Part shown: positions 21,324-30,565 of the stretch, piece after piece
Numbering within the stretch: the stretch's first letter is position 1
Layout of the letters: each line of letters begins with the position of its first letter
Assembly (NCBI GenBank): GCA_963818885.1
Contig: CAWFTP010000001.1
Span: 122,486 to 186,485 of the forward strand
From: an uncultured Pseudomonadota bacterium
GTDB lineage: Bacteria; Pseudomonadota; Alphaproteobacteria; Acetobacterales; Acetobacteraceae
DNA length: 64,000 bases
Direction: 5' to 3'
Position numbers and translations under genes: made by a program
The notes under the pieces: generated by a model
The model's input: only the letters and a program-made list of their open reading frames with translations
What the model was told of the DNA's origin: nothing
The model's database searches: none

Positions 21324-21788
21324 ATGGCGGCGGACAAGGAGTTGGATCGGGTCGACCGGGAAATACTGCGCCTCCTGAGCGAGGACGCGACCCTGTCGCT
21401 CGCCGACATCGCGGGCCGAGTCGGGCTGACCGCTACACCATGCTGGAAGCGCATCCGGCGGATGGAGCAGGAGGGCATTATCCTGAGGCGGGTGGCCGTG
21501 ATCGACCCGGCGAAGATCGGATTGCCGGTCACCGCCTTCGTCGAGGTAGAGACCGCCGATCACTCCGGCGAATGGCTTGCCCGCTTCGCCGAGGTCATTG
21601 CCGGGATGGAGGAGGTGGTGGACGCTTGGCGGATGAGCGGGGATGTCGACTACCTGCTGCACGTGGTGGTGTCCGATATCACCGCCTATGACGGGTTCTA
21701 CCGCCGGCTGATCGAGGCGGTGCCGCTGCGCAACGTCTCCAGCCGCTTCGCGATGGAGCGGATGAAGGCGGCCAAGCTGCCGATCTGA
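21324..21788 (+). CDS. Lrp/AsnC family transcriptional regulator
   Basis: LDRVDREILRLLSEDATLSLADIAGRVGLTATPCWKRIRRMEQEGII HTH followed by an AsnC-type ligand domain. Confidence 0.9.
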   Translation: MAADKELDRVDREILRLLSEDATLSLADIAGRVGLTATPCWKRIRRMEQEGIILRRVAVIDPAKIGLPVTAFVEVETADHSGEWLARFAEVIAGMEEVVDAWRMSGDVDYLLHVVVSDITAYDGFYRRLIEAVPLRNVSSRFAMERMKAAKLPI

Positions 21789-21863
21789 AAACTACGGCGC
21801 GCGAAACCATCCTTTAACGCGGACGTGGTTGGCTGCGGTCGAAGGATCGTCGAAGGAACCACC

Positions 21864-22148
21864 ATGGCTCCGAGCAGGCTCGTCAACCGCAACGTGGTCG
21901 CCGAAACCGGCCGCACCAGCATGCGCCTGGAGCCAGAGCTGTGGGCAGCGCTGCACGAAATCTGCGAGCGCGAGGGGCAGGATCTGCACGGGCTGATCCG
22001 CTCAATCGACGCGCTCCGGATGCGCGGTGGACGCACCAGCGCCGTGCGGGTGTATGTGCTGGAGTATTTCCATGCTGCGGCGACCGAGGCGGGTCACCTC
22101 GCCGCGGGCCACGGTCCCTTCGGGATGCAGCAGCGCGCGGCGGCGTAA
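21864..22148 (+). CDS. Ribbon-helix-helix domain protein
   Basis: LVNRNVVAETGRTSMRLEPELWAALHEICEREGQDLHGLIRSID...VRVYVLEYF matches the RHH_4-type pattern. Confidence 0.6.
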   Translation: MAPSRLVNRNVVAETGRTSMRLEPELWAALHEICEREGQDLHGLIRSIDALRMRGGRTSAVRVYVLEYFHAAATEAGHLAAGHGPFGMQQRAAA

Positions 22149-22156
22149 AGGTACGC

Positions 22157-22975
22157 TCAGGATCGCATAGCCGCGATCCGCTCCACCGTGCGATGCCAGT
22201 TGGCGATCTCGCGCTCCTCTGGCTCCACAAGCAGGTGACCCACACCGGCGGCCGCGTAGCCCGCGAACCGCTCCCGCAACTCGCCTTCGTCGCGGCCGTC
22301 CCAGCGGCAGCGGATCGAGATCGCGAAGCCGCTCTCTGGACGGTCGGCGCGCAAGCGCGCGACGATCGGAGCCGCGTCCACCGGACTGACCCGGCTGCCG
22401 TGCCAGCCATCGAGGCTCGCCGCCCGGCGCAGTGCCGGCGCGGAGCTCCCGCCGATCCACATCGGGATCGGCGCCACCGGGCGCGGCTGCATCCTCATGT
22501 CTTCAATCACCGCGGGAATCCAACGTGAGGGGAAGCTCACCGGGTCCTGTGACCACACGGCGCGCATCATCGCGATGCCCTCGTCCATGCGCCGGCCGCG
22601 TCCACGGAACGGCGCCCCGAGAGCGGCAAACTCCGCCTCCAGCCAGCCGACGCCCGCGCCCAGGATCAGCCGCCCCTCCGAGAGGTTCTGCAACGTGGCG
22701 AGCTCTTTCGCGAGCGGCAGCGGATGGCGCATCGGCAGCACCAGCACGGAGGTCCCGAGCCGCACGCGCTGCGTAGCCGCCGCCGCCCAGGTGAGAGTCA
22801 GGACCGGATCGTAGAAGGACGGCGAGGGCGGATAGGCGGCGTCGCGCGGGATGATGATGTGCTCGCTCACCCAGACGTCGTCGAAGCCCAGCGCCTCGGC
22901 GCGAACTGCTGCATCGCGGATGTTCGCCGGGCTCGCCTTTCGGCCGATATGGGGCAGGTGAATGCCGTACTGCAT
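22157..22975 (-). CDS. LLM-class (luciferase-like) flavin/F420-dependent oxidoreductase
   Basis: MQYGIHLPHIG...LGFDDVWVSEHII...LGTSVLVLPMRHPLPLAKELATL...GRLILGAGVGW is the typical LLM family layout. Confidence 0.8.
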   Translation of the reverse strand: MQYGIHLPHIGRKASPANIRDAAVRAEALGFDDVWVSEHIIIPRDAAYPPSPSFYDPVLTLTWAAAATQRVRLGTSVLVLPMRHPLPLAKELATLQNLSEGRLILGAGVGWLEAEFAALGAPFRGRGRRMDEGIAMMRAVWSQDPVSFPSRWIPAVIEDMRMQPRPVAPIPMWIGGSSAPALRRAASLDGWHGSRVSPVDAAPIVARLRADRPESGFAISIRCRWDGRDEGELRERFAGYAAAGVGHLLVEPEEREIANWHRTVERIAAMRS

Positions 22976-23067
22976 GGCGGTCTCCTTCGCGTGTGGCGAT
23001 CCGAACCGGGACGTACCGGCAGCGTTCACCTCCATCATAACGACCCGCCGGATCACGGGAGAAGATC

Positions 23068-23661
23068 ATGGATCGGCCGCTTGAGATCGCGTTCCACAAT
23101 ATGGGCTCATCATCGCGGATCGAGGCGGAAATCCGCGCGCAGGCCGAGCGGCTCGAGCAGCGGTTTCACCACCTGACCGGGATGCGCGTCTCCGTCGAAG
23201 CGTTGCATCGGCAGCACCAGACGGGGAATGTCTATGAGGTGCATGTGACGCTCGATGTGCCGGGCCGCCAGCTCGCAGCTTCGCACGCGCCGCATCATGC
23301 GGCGCAGCGTTTCGCCAATCCCGACCTGAACGTGTCCCTACGCCAGGCATTCAAGGCAGCCGAGCGCCAGCTCGAATCATTCAAGACCCGCATCCGCGAG
23401 GACACCGCCTCCCCGAGCGGTTCGGCGCTCACGGGCGAGGTGATGCAGATCGAACCGGGCGTGGACCACGGCTTCGTACTCAACAGCACCGGCTCGCAGC
23501 TCTATTTCCACCGCGACAGCGTCACCAATGGGCGTTTTGAAGACATGCGCGCGGGCGACATCGTGCATTATGTAGAGGAGGAGGGCGACGCTGGGCCGGT
23601 CGCGACCAAAGTGCGCCTCGCGCGGACCGGCGAGACCAACGGAAAGGAAAGCGTATCATGA
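23068..23661 (+). CDS. HPF/RaiA-family ribosome-associated protein fused to a cold-shock-like C-terminal domain
   Basis: The N-terminal roughly 110 aa resembles S30AE/HPF (IAFHNMGSSSRIEAEIRAQAERLEQRFHHLTGMRVSVE). The C-terminus GEVMQIEPGVDHGFVLNSTGSQLYFHRDSV...GDIVHYVEEEGDAGPVATKVRL is CSD-like. Confidence 0.65.
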   Translation: MDRPLEIAFHNMGSSSRIEAEIRAQAERLEQRFHHLTGMRVSVEALHRQHQTGNVYEVHVTLDVPGRQLAASHAPHHAAQRFANPDLNVSLRQAFKAAERQLESFKTRIREDTASPSGSALTGEVMQIEPGVDHGFVLNSTGSQLYFHRDSVTNGRFEDMRAGDIVHYVEEEGDAGPVATKVRLARTGETNGKESVS

Positions 23662-23837
23662 GCACCAGGCTCCCCCCCGTCCCGCCTGCCGGGCGGCCGC
23701 GCCAGCGTCGCGAGGAGCCAGACCGCATGGCGGATGCCAAGGACCGGGCACCACCCGAGCCGGTCGACCGCAAGCAGGCCAAGCACGGCGCGGTCGAGCA
23801 GAACACGCGCAACACGGGCTACAAACAGGACCGCTAA
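23658..23837 (+). CDS. Small hydrophilic protein (59 aa), translationally coupled to the HPF-like gene
   Basis: Below the ORF-track size cutoff. It has an ATGA overlap with the upstream stop and high third-position GC. It ends ...AVEQNTRNTGYKQDR, resembling a small conserved alphaproteobacterial protein family as far as I recall. Confidence 0.4.
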   Translation: MSTRLPPVPPAGRPRQRREEPDRMADAKDRAPPEPVDRKQAKHGAVEQNTRNTGYKQDR

Positions 23838-23838
23838 G

Positions 23839-24048
23839 ATGCCGCGCAAGATCGACAGTACCGATCGCTCGACCGGCGGACCCGGCAGTTCGCACGAGGA
23901 TGCGAGCAAGCGCCGACCGGATCCCGAGCGCAAAACGCGGGGGTCTCCGCCGCCCGGGGCGCCGACCAGCGGCGCGCGCAGCCATATCTCGGGCGGCGGC
24001 GGGGAGCGCGACGAGCACCATACGCATGATCCAAGGACCAAGTCCTAG
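23839..24048 (+). CDS. Small disordered basic/acidic protein (69 aa), hypothetical
   Basis: The ATG lies 1 nt after the previous stop. Sequence: MPRKIDSTDRSTGGPGSSHEDASKRRPDPERKTRGSPPPG...HHTHDPRTKS. Only codon bias and context support it. Confidence 0.3.
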   Translation: MPRKIDSTDRSTGGPGSSHEDASKRRPDPERKTRGSPPPGAPTSGARSHISGGGGERDEHHTHDPRTKS

Positions 24049-24088
24049 GCGCTGTTCCGCGCCCGCCGTGGGGCCGCTATAGAGCGGC

Positions 24089-25076
24089 ATGCGTTATCTG
24101 GTGACTGGGGGAGCCGGCTTCGTCGGCAGCCACGTCGTGCTGGCGCTCCTCGCGCGCGGCGATCGAAGTCGTCGTCTTCGACAATCTCCGCCAGGGTCAT
24201 CGCGCCGCGTTGCCGGACAGCGTGCCCCTCATCGTCGGCGATCTCGCTGATGCCGATGCTGTCGAGTCCGTGCTGGCCGATGGCAAGTGGGACGGGGTGT
24301 TGCACTTCGCCGCGCTGTCGCTGGTGGGCGAAAGCATGCGCGAGCCGTTCCGGTACTTGCTGGAGAACGGCGTTAGCGGCATCCGCCTGGTGGAGGGGTG
24401 TGTGCGCCATCGCGTTCCGCGCTTCGTGCTGTCCTCCACCGCCAATCTGTTCGGCGGGGCCGGCGCGGAGCCGATCGAGGAGTGCGAGCCGCTGGAGCCC
24501 GGCTCCCCTTACGGGGAGAGCAAATGGATGCTCGAACGCGCGCTCCTTTGGGCCGATCGCATCCACGGACTGCACAGTGCGTGCCTGCGCTACTTCAACG
24601 CTGCCGGCGCCGATCCGGACGGACGGATCGGCGAGGACCATCGGCCGGAGACGCATCTCATTCCGCTCGCTATCGACGCCGCGCTCGGCCGGCGCGCCCC
24701 GCTCGAGGTGTTCGGGGCCGACTACCCGACCCCGGACGGCACCTGCATCCGCGACTACATCCACGTGAGCGACCTCGCGGACGCCCACGTGCTGGCGATA
24801 GACCGGCTGCACGGCGGAAGCGTTACATACAACCTTGGCAATGGCGCAGGCTACTCGGTGATGGAGGTCATCCGCGCCGTGGAGGCGGTTGGCGGGCGCA
24901 AAGTGCCGCACAGCATTGCGCCTCGCCGTGCCGGTGATCCCGCCGTGCTCGTAGCTGCATCGTCGCGTATCCGACACGAACTCGGATGGCAGCCGCGCTT
25001 CGCGCGATTGGAGGACATCGTGGGCACTGCGTACGAATGGCGCATCGCGCATCCGGCGGGATATGGCGAGCCATAA
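24089..25076 (+). pseudogene. galE: UDP-glucose 4-epimerase GalE, frame broken near 24161-24166
   Basis: MRYLVTGGAGFVGSHVVLALLARGD is in the frame of ATG 24089. It continues as EVVVFDNLRQGHRAALPDSVPLIVGDLAD...YGESKWMLE... in the frame of ORF 24210..25076. Confidence 0.85.
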
Positions 25077-25445
25077 AGGACGGGCAGTCGACGATGCGGC
25101 CAGACGAGGCGTGGAACTCGCGGACGAGAAGCTGATCGCCGACTTGCCGCCTTTCCGTGACCTGCCCCAGCAGGAGCGAGCCGAAATTCTTGGCGGTGCG
25201 AAGCAATTCGTGGCGGCGCAGGGCGCCGTCCTGTTCGCCGAAGGCGCCCCGGCCACCGCATTCTTCCTGCTTGTGAGCGGGCGGACCAAGGTTGTGCAGG
25301 TTACCGCCAATGGCGGCCAGATCGGCGGCGGATCGTCATCCGCGACGCCCATGCGCTCGCCCGGATCGCGGGAGAGGCCCGATCCCGTTCAGTCGCCTGT
25401 CTGCTGGCCCGCGAGGCCAGCCTGACCGACCGTGCTCGGCTGTAG
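25063..25445 (+). pseudogene. Crp/Fnr-family regulator remnant with an internal deletion
   Basis: An N-terminal cNMP-binding segment (LPPFRDLPQQERAEILGGAKQFVAAQGAVLFAEGAPATAFFLLVSGRTKVVQV) is joined at about 25320-25330, in another frame, to an FNR-type extreme C-terminus (RIVIRDAHALARIAGEA). The HTH region is missing. Confidence 0.5.
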
Positions 25446-27707
25446 AGGGCGCAGCTTGACGATGAAATCGAGCGCCATCAGCACCGCGCCGATGGCGAAC
25501 ATCACATCACCCGGCAAGCGCATCCACTGCCAGTACAGCGTCGTGTCGTAGAACGCGGCGCTGCGGGCATAGGCAAAGCCGTGCTCGTATACGGCTTGCA
25601 GTTGCGGCCAGCCAATTGGGTAAAAGTTCAGCGCGATCCAGAGTATCAGCCTAACATGTATAGCCAGAACGCGATCAGGCCGGGACGGTCGGAAAAGGCG
25701 ATCCGATCAGCCGCCCGGTAGCGCAAGCAAAAATAGACAAGCCCGATCCCGAGCAGCCCGAATGCGCCGAACAGCGCAGTATGGGCGTGGTTGAGCGTGA
25801 GGAAGGTGCCGTGCTCGTAATAGTTCACCAGCGGTGCGTTCAGCGTGCCACCGCCGAACACGCCGGCGCCGACGAATTCCAGAACGCCGCGCCGATGATG
25901 TAGGTGTAGGCGAGCCGGTACTGAAACTCCCGATGCGCGGTAATCAACCAGTACTGGTGGATCGCCTCAATGATCAGCAGCACCAGCGGTAGCACCTCGA
26001 TGAAGGAGAACATGCTGCCCATCGGCACCCACATGCTCGGTCCGCCGACCCAGTACAGGTGATGGCCGGTGCCGATCACCCCGCCCAGGAAGATCAGGAT
26101 GATTTCGAAATATGTCGCCCGCTCGGCGAGCATGCGCGAGACCAGTCCTGTCGCCATCAGCAGATAGGCGCTTATGGTCGCGGCGAAGAACTCGAAGGAT
26201 TGCTCGACCCACAGATGCACAGCCCACCAGCGCCAGTAATCGGTGATGGTGAACGACCTCTCGATCCCGGTCAGCGGGGTCATGCCGAACGCATAGAGGA
26301 CGGCGACATTGATCGTGGCTGCCCAGATCAGGTGCTCCATCCGGACCCGTCCCGACCAGAACTGCCGTGTCGCGTGCCACAGCACCGTGCCGCTCGGCCA
26401 TAGCGCGCGCAGCACCAGCGCGCTCCAGATCGCAAGGCCCAGGAAGAAGCCGATCTGCCAGAACCGGCCGAGCTGGATGTAGGAGAGGCCCTGATTGCCG
26501 AACCAGAACCAACCGCGGTCGATTCCGCCCATGATGCCGAGATAGTTTCCGACGAGGGCGCCGACGACGATCGCGCCGGTGACCCAGAAGAGAATATCGA
26601 CGAGAAGCCCCTGGCCGCGCGCCTCCCGCCCGCCGGCGATAGCGGGCGCGAGAAACAGCCCGGACCCGATCCAGGCCACGCCGATCCAGACGATCGGAGC
26701 CTGGATGTGCGCATCGCGAAGGAAGTTGAACGGGAAGACCCGATTGATGTCGATCCCGTAGAAGCTGATGCGGTCGTAGTAGGAGTGCGCCATGATCGTG
26801 CCGGCACCGATCTGCACCAGCAGCATGAGGGCCACGAACAGGAAGTATTTGCCCGTCTTGCGCTGGCTCGGGGTGAGCGGGCCGACGCGGGCAAGCATCG
26901 GCTCCATCGGCGCATCGTCCGGATGGTTAAGCCAGAACTCGTAGATGAACAGCACCAGCCCGAGCGCGAAGAAGGTGAAGCAGAAGCTGATCCAGGTCAT
27001 GTGAAGGTATTGGCGGTCGGTGCGTTGCCGACCATCGGTTCGTACGGCCAGTTCTCCGTCCAGGACCAGGTCACGCCGGCCCGGCGCGCGACTGTCGTCA
27101 GCGACGAATAGATCAGGAAGTCGGCGGTTGCCGCCGCCTCGCGCTGGTCGAGGCTGTAGGCGGGCGTCCAGCCGGTCGCCGGATCGACGGGCTCGAGCCG
27201 CTTGGCGATCTGGGTCTGCGTGACGCTGATTGCCGCGGCGAGCGCGTCGGTGATCACGACCTGTCCGCGCGTCAGGTCGACCTGCTGCAATTGCGCGCGC
27301 ATCGTCGCCGATGCCGATGCCTGGTCTTCCGCGCCGAGCGCGGCAAACGCCCGGCCATAGCGGGCACGCGCGACATTGTCGCGGGTCAGTTCGGCGAGCC
27401 GGACCAGGATCGAGGCGGTATAGTCCTCACCGTAATAGGAGCCCATCCCGTACAGGCTGCCGTAGTCCATCAGGTCGGCCTTCTGGAACCCGGCTTTGCC
27501 GACGACGACATCCTCTCCGGTCAGCAGCGTAGCGCCCGCGGCGGTGACGAACCGCTCCGGCAGCGGCGGCGAGGCGCGATAGGTGACCTTGGTCGCCCAG
27601 CCCATCAATCCGAACGTCAGGATGGCGACGGCGAGCAGCACCCATTTCAGCACCTCGCTGACCGGGTCCTTGATCGGTATGTGAAGGGCTTCCGCGTTCA
27701 GCGGCAT
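25389..27707 (-). pseudogene. norB: Quinol-dependent nitric oxide reductase (qNOR, NorB/NorZ-type) with three frame breaks
   Basis: Three track ORFs (26997..27779, 25840..27000, 25646..25861) plus an unlisted C-terminal piece (LILWIALNFYPIGWPQLQAVYEHGFAYARSAAFYDTTLYWQWMRLPGDVMFAIGAVLMALDF..., stop at 25389) form one heme-copper-oxidase-like protein. The junctions are at about 26998, 25875 (aattc where aatttc is expected) and 25649. Confidence 0.85.
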
Positions 27708-27929
27708 GCGCCTTTCCCCCGAGCGGCGGTGCGGGGGTGGCTTTGCCCGATCGTTTCCGCCGCGTCTTTGCGCCAGCACAAGGAGGGCCCCTTGCGGACG
27801 ATGCCTCTACTGACCCATTGTGATGCGTTGAGTAGCGTCCGTTAGAAAAACATGGTGAGTATCAATGTTGTCGTCGCGAGGCGCGGAGCGCGGTGGTGAT
27901 CCAGGAGGCGGCGGGTCTGGAATTGCTTC

Positions 27930-27946
27930 ACCCCGCTTCGCGGGGT
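27930..27946 (-). terminator. Possible stem-loop downstream of the CoA-transferase gene
   Basis: accccgc-ttc-gcggggt is a perfect 7-bp stem about 45 nt after the stop at 27991. There is no clear U-tract. Confidence 0.25.
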
Positions 27947-27990
27947 TTGCAATGACGGTGAGCAGCGATTCGGATTGAGCGCACCCCGCG

Positions 27991-29124
27991 CTACTGCTGC
28001 TTGCCCAGCACCGGTCCGTTGTGCTCGCCCAAACGCGGCGAGTCGGTTCGTGGGGCCGGGCGTCGGCGCCCGAACGACAGCGGCAGACCGACGACGTTGA
28101 GCTCGGTGCCGGGAAGCGCGCGCAGCATGTCCATCGACTTGAGCTGCTCGGTCTGGGCGAGCTCGGCGATATCGTTCACGGGCGCGCACGGCACGCCGAC
28201 CTCGGTGAGCACCGCCATCCAGTGATCGCGCGTCTGCATCAGCAGGACCGGCGCCATCAATGCGACGAGTTCGGGGCGGTTCGCAGCTCGCTTGCGCCCG
28301 TCGGAGAAGCGCTGGGCGTCGCACCATTCCGGATGTCCCAGCGCGGCGGCGCATTTCACGAACAATCGGTCGTTGCCGGCGGCGATGCAGATGGGCCGAT
28401 CGGCGGTCTCGAACGTCTGATAAGGCACCAGGAGGTTGCTCGCGGTGCCGTGCCGCGTCGGCACATCGCCCGTTGCGTTATAGTTGTTGAGCGAGGTGTC
28501 GACCCAACCGACCGCGCACTCGAACAGCGAGGTGTCGATCACACAGCCCTTGCCGGTCGCCTCGCGCTGCTTGAGCGCGGCGAGAGCGCCGATCACGCAC
28601 CACATTCCCGCCGCCTTGTCGTTGATCGCCGGCGCGCAGAAGGTCGGCGGGTCCTCCGGCCGGCCGGTCATCGTCATCACCGCCCCGTAGGCCTGCAGCA
28701 GCGGATCGAAGGCCGGGGCGAGGCGCAGCGGCCCGGTGTAGCCGAACCCCGAGATCGAGCAGTAGATCAGCCGCGGATTGGCCGCGAGCATGTCCTCCGG
28801 CCCGATGTCGAACTGCTCGACGATGCCGGGGCGCAGGTTCTGGATCAGGATGTCCGCCTCGCGCGCGAGCGCCTTCAGCCGCGCCACATCGCCAGGGTTC
28901 TTGATGTCGAGCGTGACCGACCGCTTGCCGCGATTGGTGGCGTGAAAGAAGAGCGAGTCCCCCTCGACGAAGGGCGGCCCCCACAAGCGGGCGTCGTCGC
29001 CGCCATCCGGCTTCTCGATCTTGATCACCTCGGCGCCGAGATCGGCGAGGATCACGCCCGCGAGCGGACCAGCCAACGCCTGGCCGACCTCGATCACTCT
29101 GATCCCGGCGAGCGGTGCAACCAT
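27991..29124 (-). CDS. CaiB/BaiF family (type III) CoA transferase
   Basis: 377 aa. MVAPLAGIRVIEVGQALAGPLAGVILADLGAEVIKIE...GKRSVTLD is the characteristic N-terminus. Confidence 0.9.
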   Translation of the reverse strand: MVAPLAGIRVIEVGQALAGPLAGVILADLGAEVIKIEKPDGGDDARLWGPPFVEGDSLFFHATNRGKRSVTLDIKNPGDVARLKALAREADILIQNLRPGIVEQFDIGPEDMLAANPRLIYCSISGFGYTGPLRLAPAFDPLLQAYGAVMTMTGRPEDPPTFCAPAINDKAAGMWCVIGALAALKQREATGKGCVIDTSLFECAVGWVDTSLNNYNATGDVPTRHGTASNLLVPYQTFETADRPICIAAGNDRLFVKCAAALGHPEWCDAQRFSDGRKRAANRPELVALMAPVLLMQTRDHWMAVLTEVGVPCAPVNDIAELAQTEQLKSMDMLRALPGTELNVVGLPLSFGRRRPAPRTDSPRLGEHNGPVLGKQQ

Positions 29125-29125
29125 C

Positions 29126-29575
29126 CTATGTAAGCTCCACGTGCAGATGCGTGACGTTCTGGCCGGTCTCGGCCTGGATCATCTCGGCGACGAAGCGGCG
29201 ATGGCATTGCGTGGGGTCACGCTCGAAGCACAGCAGGCACACCCGCCTGTTTCGCGCGAGCGCGCGTGCGTCAGCGAGCGCAGCCTGCGGCTCATCGCCT
29301 TCCATGTGAGCACGGAAGATCATCTCCATCCGCTCCGGATGCCCGGCGCGGACCGCCGTCCGCCCTTCCTTCGGCGTCCCCAGCTTCTGCAGGTGGACGT
29401 AGCCGATGCCCCATTCATCGAGCCCGGCGGCGAGCTGGCGCTTCGAGAAGCCGGGCTTGCGAGAGGCGGCGACGGCACGCACGTCGATCAGCAACTCGAC
29501 GCCGGCTTCTTGCAGGCTCGCGAGCACGGCATCGATCGTCGTGCCTTCGTACCCGATGGTGAGCAGCTCGCTCAT
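29126..29575 (-). CDS. DUF488 family protein
   Basis: LLTIGYEGTTIDAVLASLQEAGVELLIDVRAVAASRKPGFSKRQL...LLCFERDPTQCHR is the DUF488 signature. Confidence 0.85.
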   Translation of the reverse strand: MSELLTIGYEGTTIDAVLASLQEAGVELLIDVRAVAASRKPGFSKRQLAAGLDEWGIGYVHLQKLGTPKEGRTAVRAGHPERMEMIFRAHMEGDEPQAALADARALARNRRVCLLCFERDPTQCHRRFVAEMIQAETGQNVTHLHVELT

Positions 29576-30498
29576 CCGGCGTCGAGCCAGTCATCCACCA
29601 GGTGGCGCGCGATCGAATCGACGCGCGGCAGCATGAAGCCATACTGCTCCGGGTCGCGCACCTCGGCGCGGCTGAACCAGCGTACATCGATCAGCTCCGT
29701 CTGATCGACGATGATCTCCTCGGTCAGCGCCTCGCCGTAATAGCCGAGCATGATGTTGCCGGGGAACGGCCAGGGTTGGCTCGAATGATACCAGACGTCG
29801 CCGACCCGGATGCCGGCCTCCTCGAACACCTCCCGGCGAACCGCCTCCTCCAGGCTCTCGCCAGGTTCGAGGAAGCCCGCGAGAGTCGAATACATGTTGG
29901 CGCGCGGAAAGCGCTGCGAATGCCCGAGCAGCACGTGATCGCCCCTGGTGATGAGCATGATCACGGCACAGTCCGTGCGCGGGAAATGCTCGGCATCGCA
30001 CGCCGTGCAGCGCATCACGTGGCCGGCGGATTTCGGCTCGCACGGGGCGCCGCAGACACCACAGAAGCGATGTCGCAGGCGCCAGTGCATCAGCCCGCGC
30101 GCATGGGCGAGCACCGCAGCTTCTGGGCGCGGCTCACCCCAGCCGACCGAGCGCAGATCGACAAACTGGCCGAGCGCGTCGGGCAGCAGCGGCGCGGGGT
30201 CATCCGACGCGCTGACGTCGACCGCGAACACCGCCGTGCCGTCCAGCAGGCCAAGGAACGCCCACGGCCCGCCCGCCATGCGCAACGCCTCCGCCGCCGC
30301 GCCGGAGATGTACATCGCGACCGGCCGCTTCTCCTCGACGCCGCCCACCAGGTTGCGGTTGCGCCAGACCGGCACGAAGAGCGACGCCGGATCGGCGAGC
30401 CGCGCGGCGATCCACGGCGCGTCCTCCCGCCGATACGCCGCGCGATCGAGCGGGCTCGAGGAATAGACGTTCGGACGGGTGGCGAGAATCAGGGGCAC
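29572..30498 (-). CDS. nudC: NAD+ diphosphatase (NudC-type Nudix hydrolase)
   Basis: Zinc ribbon FCGVCGAPCEPKSAGHVMRCTAC and Nudix box GFLEPGESLEEAVRREVFEEAGI. The start is uncertain (GTG 30498 preferred; the longest ORF runs to 30594). Confidence 0.8.
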   Translation of the reverse strand: MPLILATRPNVYSSSPLDRAAYRREDAPWIAARLADPASLFVPVWRNRNLVGGVEEKRPVAMYISGAAAEALRMAGGPWAFLGLLDGTAVFAVDVSASDDPAPLLPDALGQFVDLRSVGWGEPRPEAAVLAHARGLMHWRLRHRFCGVCGAPCEPKSAGHVMRCTACDAEHFPRTDCAVIMLITRGDHVLLGHSQRFPRANMYSTLAGFLEPGESLEEAVRREVFEEAGIRVGDVWYHSSQPWPFPGNIMLGYYGEALTEEIIVDQTELIDVRWFSRAEVRDPEQYGFMLPRVDSIARHLVDDWLDAG

Positions 30499-30565
30499 GG
30501 CATGCTCGGCTGCTGCGATGCCGTGACGGTGGCACGGGCGGGAACGGGCGACAATCGGCGTCGGG

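Noticed and set aside
24045-25352. 435-aa minus-strand ORF
   Set aside because: It is antisense to galE, which has clear epimerase motifs in the sense frames.
27708-27990. Search for an FNR/NnrR box or promoter upstream of qNOR
   Set aside because: Only half-site-like strings (ttgtgatgcgttgag, ttgatactcacc) are present. None forms the TTGAT-N4-ATCAA or TTGCG-N4-CGCAA dyad.
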